Shown here in pieces: positions 60,632 through 64,000 of a stretch of 64,000 nucleotides of DNA. Origin of the DNA: an uncultured Prolixibacteraceae bacterium. GTDB lineage: Bacteria > Bacteroidota > Bacteroidia > Bacteroidales > Prolixibacteraceae. Each line of letters opens with the position of its first letter. The stretch's first letter is position 1. Under the pieces are notes generated by a model that made no database searches, was not told the origin of the DNA, and saw only the letters and a program-made list of their open reading frames with translations. A program made the translations under genes and the position numbers. The DNA is taken from positions 234,505 to 298,504 of the forward strand of contig CAVVFN010000009.1 of the NCBI GenBank assembly GCA_963747515.1. The letters run 5' to 3'.

Positions 60632-62350
60632 ATGTCTGTCCATAATAAAGAAATAGCGGATAAGCTGAATGAACTGGCAGATATGCTTGACATCAAAGGC
60701 GAAAATGAGTTCAGGGTAAGGGCTTATCGAAATGCGGTGCGTTCCCTCTCAGGGTATACCCGAAACATTTCAGAAATGGTGGAGAATCATGAAGATATTT
60801 CTTCACTTCCCGGAATTGGTAAAAGCATGAGCGAAAAAATAGAAGAAATTGTTAAAACCGGTAAACTGAAACAGCTTCAAAAGCTAAGAAAGGAAGTACC
60901 TGAGTCGCTTTTAGAAATCATGAAGCTGGAACAACTTGGCCCGCAGCGGACAAAAATTTTGAACGACACCCTGAATATACGTTCCCTAAAGGAACTGGAA
61001 AAAGCTGCCAGAGCCGGAAAAGTTGAAAAAATAAAAGGATTTGGAAAAAAAACAACAGAAAGGATACTTGAGGAAATAGAATCCTGGTCACAAAAAGGAG
61101 GTTCTGCAAGAATAAAACGAACGGAAGCAGAAATGTTGGTTAACCCAATGCTGAGGTATATGGAAGATAAAATTGAAAGGCTGACGGTAGCCGGGAGTTT
61201 TAGAAGAAAGAAAGAAACCGTCCGCGATATCGACCTTGTGGCGGTGAGTTCAAATCCCCGTCAGGCAATGAAAGATTTTACCGCATACGATGAGGTGGAG
61301 CGTGTTATTTCCGAAGGTGAAACCCGGGCATCGGTAAAACTGCGTACAGGATTGCAGGTTGATTTACGCATTGTTGAAAAGAAAGCATTTGGTGCAGCGT
61401 TACTGTATTTTACAGGTTCTAAGGAACATACAGTAGCTTTACGAACCCTGGCGCAGGAGCGGGGACTAAAACTGAATGAATATGGAATCTCTCAAAACGG
61501 TAAAGTTTTGGCTTCTGAAACAGAGCAACAGGTATACCAGGCGATGAAATTGAACTACATTGAACCTGAACTCCGTGAAAACAAAGGAGAGATTGAGGCT
61601 TCACAAGATAATAAACTGCCTGTGCTTGTAAGCAGAGCTGATCTGCGGGGTGACCTCCACGCGCATACTACAGAAACCGACGGCACCAATACCCTGGAAG
61701 AAATGGCCGATGCTGCCCGGCAAATGGGCTATGAATATCTGGCTGTAACCGATCATTCAAAGAAGGTGACAATAGCTCGTGGCATGAATGAACAAAGACT
61801 GGAAAAACAAATAGCTGCAATTGATATCCTGAACAGGAAGCTTAAAAATTTCAGGATTCTTAAAGCGGTGGAGGTAGATATCCTTGAAGATGGATCGCTT
61901 GATTTGCCTGACACGATTCTAAAGGAACTCGACCTGGTTGTATGCTCGGTTCATTATTACCGGAAACTTACCAGAAAAAAGCAAACACAGAGGATTATAA
62001 AGGCAATGCAAAATCCTTATTTCAATATACTGGCCCATCCTACCGGAAGAATGATTGGCATTAGAGACGAGCTGGATACCGATATGGAGGCGGTTATGAA
62101 AGAGGCTAAAAATTGCGGCTGCTTTCTGGAAATTAATGCCAACCCCGACCGGCTCGATTTGAACGACGATTATGCACGTATGGCAAAGGAAATGGGGGTC
62201 AGAATCTCTGTAGCTACCGATGCACACGCTGTAAACAGCCTTCAATACATGGAGTTTGGCATCGCGCAGGCACGAAGGGGATGGCTCGAAAAAAACGATG
62301 TGCTTAATACGCGGTCTTTAAAGGAATTAATGAAGTTGCTGAAAAGGTGA
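60632..62350 (+). CDS. polX: DNA polymerase X with PHP domain
   Basis: HhH motifs (LPGIG, IKGFG), AGSFRR..ETVRDID, QVDLR, YFTGSK.H; PHP motifs DLHAH, TDHS, AHP.GR, TDAH. Confidence 0.93.
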   Translation: MSVHNKEIADKLNELADMLDIKGENEFRVRAYRNAVRSLSGYTRNISEMVENHEDISSLPGIGKSMSEKIEEIVKTGKLKQLQKLRKEVPESLLEIMKLEQLGPQRTKILNDTLNIRSLKELEKAARAGKVEKIKGFGKKTTERILEEIESWSQKGGSARIKRTEAEMLVNPMLRYMEDKIERLTVAGSFRRKKETVRDIDLVAVSSNPRQAMKDFTAYDEVERVISEGETRASVKLRTGLQVDLRIVEKKAFGAALLYFTGSKEHTVALRTLAQERGLKLNEYGISQNGKVLASETEQQVYQAMKLNYIEPELRENKGEIEASQDNKLPVLVSRADLRGDLHAHTTETDGTNTLEEMADAARQMGYEYLAVTDHSKKVTIARGMNEQRLEKQIAAIDILNRKLKNFRILKAVEVDILEDGSLDLPDTILKELDLVVCSVHYYRKLTRKKQTQRIIKAMQNPYFNILAHPTGRMIGIRDELDTDMEAVMKEAKNCGCFLEINANPDRLDLNDDYARMAKEMGVRISVATDAHAVNSLQYMEFGIAQARRGWLEKNDVLNTRSLKELMKLLKR

Positions 62351-62449
62351 AATGAAGAACTGAAACGGAAATTGCTTTCAGCCATCCGAAAGCCAGCTTA
62401 AGAAAGCATTGTGCAGATGTGAAGGAATGAAATTAAAAAACGGAATGAG

Positions 62450-62941
62450 ATGATAGCACTGGTATATGGTCTGCCGGGAACCGGAAAAACATTTTTTGCA
62501 AGGCATTTTGCCCGAAAAACTGGGGCTGTACATTTGAATACTGACCTTGTAAGGGAAAAGCTGGATGCAAAAGGACAATATGACGATACTACCAAACAGC
62601 AGGTATATAATGAACTCTTTAAGCAGGTTATGAGGGAGTTGAACGATAAAAAAGACGTTATTGTCGATGGCACATTTCATAAACAGGTGCGGAGAGACCA
62701 GGTGAAAAAGATGGCCGTTGAAATGGATGAACCTGTTTTTCTCATAGAAATTAAAGCTGCTGAAAAAACAGTCAAAAAGAGACTGAAAAAAAGCCGGAAG
62801 CATAGCGAAGCAGATTTCGATGTGTATAAAATACTGGAGCACGATTTTGAATCGGAGGAGGACCATCATCTGGAATTGTGGTCCGATGAGGATAAAGAAG
62901 ACGAAATGTTAAACAAGGCAATACAATACACCAATGGATAA
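62450..62941 (+). CDS. P-loop kinase (AAA_33 / gluconate- or polynucleotide-kinase-like)
   Basis: GLPGTGKT Walker A, D.VR, IVDGTF, RL..R..SEAD. Confidence 0.85.
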   Translation: MIALVYGLPGTGKTFFARHFARKTGAVHLNTDLVREKLDAKGQYDDTTKQQVYNELFKQVMRELNDKKDVIVDGTFHKQVRRDQVKKMAVEMDEPVFLIEIKAAEKTVKKRLKKSRKHSEADFDVYKILEHDFESEEDHHLELWSDEDKEDEMLNKAIQYTNG

Positions 62942-63941
62942 AGAACAGGTTGAATTTTTAATGAATCACTGCACATTGCCCGATACCTGCAATGAAACAA
63001 TCCTAAAAGAGACACACATCTCATGGATTATTTTAACCGATAACTTTGCCTTTAAAATTAAACGTCCTGTTAAATTTTCCTTTCTCGATTTTTCCACTCC
63101 CGACAAACGGGAGTTCTACTGTCAGCAGGAGATTAAGTTAAACCGTCGCCTGGCACCCGAAATGTATCTTAGGGTGATTCAGTTGACAAACCAGATGGCC
63201 GGGCTGGCCAACGGGGAAGATGAAGGTGAGGTAATCGATCATGCTGTGCAAATGAAGCGTATGGACAACAACCTGGAAATGGATAAGATGCTTGAAAGAA
63301 ATGAGGTAACTGAAAAGCATATTGATATACTGGCCGAAAAAATTGCCCGGTTTCATAAAAAGATACGGGTGCTGAAGAATGTTTTTGCCACGCTCAAATT
63401 CCATGAAAAATATGCCGATATTCAATCCGAAGGTACTTTTCTGAAAGAGATAGCTGGTGCTGAATGGGAGAGAAAAATAAATGAATGTGTTGACAAATCG
63501 TTTAACTACCTCAACTCCATTCGAAATTTTTCAAACCAAAGGGTAATTACAGGATACCATAAAAACTGCCATGGGGATTTGAATGCAAGTAATATTTTTT
63601 TATACGACGACCCTGTAATTTTCGATTGCATCGAGTTTAACAGCGATTACCGAAGAATTGATGTTTTGAATGACATCGCCTTTTTATGTGTTGATCTCGA
63701 TTTTTTCGGAAAGCAGGATCTGAGTGAACGGTTCTATGAAAAATACCTTAAAACATATGGTATAAATGAGGATCCTGAGAGCCGTAAATTGTTCAACTAT
63801 TATAAAAGCTACCGTGCAAATGTCCGGGCAAAGGTAATTCTGATTAACATGAAGGAATCTTCGGATAATTCAGATGAAAAAGATTTGGATGATCTTAAAA
63901 AATACATTGTGATGACGGAAGAATACCTTCAGGATTTTTAA
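62934..63941 (+). CDS. aminoglycoside-phosphotransferase-like kinase (COG2187-like)
   Basis: ETHISW..L....AFKIKRPV.F.FLDFS, E..LNRRLAP..Y, HGDL...NI, FDCIEFN...R.IDV..D.AFL..DL, YRA.VRAKV. Confidence 0.85.
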   Translation: MDKEQVEFLMNHCTLPDTCNETILKETHISWIILTDNFAFKIKRPVKFSFLDFSTPDKREFYCQQEIKLNRRLAPEMYLRVIQLTNQMAGLANGEDEGEVIDHAVQMKRMDNNLEMDKMLERNEVTEKHIDILAEKIARFHKKIRVLKNVFATLKFHEKYADIQSEGTFLKEIAGAEWERKINECVDKSFNYLNSIRNFSNQRVITGYHKNCHGDLNASNIFLYDDPVIFDCIEFNSDYRRIDVLNDIAFLCVDLDFFGKQDLSERFYEKYLKTYGINEDPESRKLFNYYKSYRANVRAKVILINMKESSDNSDEKDLDDLKKYIVMTEEYLQDF

Positions 63942-64000
63942 ATGGGAATGCCTGTTAGATTTTCCAAAACTGAAAAAATAGTTAAAAAATGAAGCTGATA

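Noticed and set aside
812-62869. Numerous 60-165 aa ORFs overlapping or antisense to the assigned genes
   Set aside because: They are shadows of well-supported genes on the opposite strand or frame and lack domain motifs
1-64000. tRNA, rRNA, prophage, integrase or intact transposase genes
   Set aside because: No tRNA T-loop with cloverleaf, rRNA-like tract, or phage/recombinase protein motifs were seen

Overview
A 64 kb chromosomal segment of a Bacteroidota bacterium. Evidence for the phylum is PorZ/T9SS, repeated TAnnTTTG promoters and typical gene order; a Marinilabiliales/Prolixibacteraceae-like organism is my inference only. About 57 real genes are present. Housekeeping genes include metG, valS, recO, rdgB, porZ, glmM, aspartokinase and a CtpA-type protease. 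Several accessory modules stand out: (1) a methanogen-type homocysteine operon (DUF39, NIL-ferredoxin, UPF0280) transcribed into metH; (2) a UbiA-like / type III PKS / methyltransferase / flavin monooxygenase cluster; (3) a GH88-like / TIM-barrel / PL11-like / Gfo-Idh-MocA / SDR sugar-acid operon; (4) a TetR-led Lol/MacB-like ABC module; (5) an AmmeMemo B-A fusion; (6) a dodecin / PolX / P-loop kinase / APH-like kinase group. The most unusual non-coding signal is two dispersed copies (15252-15363 and 43131-43231) of an element made of converging arrays of 11-bp repeats (consensus TAAATTCAATG) whose 11-bp phase continues across the dyad. Also seen are a decayed IS5-family transposase fragment, a frameshifted aldo-keto reductase and two structured intergenic RNA candidates. 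I found no rRNA, tRNA or CRISPR array. All family assignments come from motif recognition by eye, not database searches.
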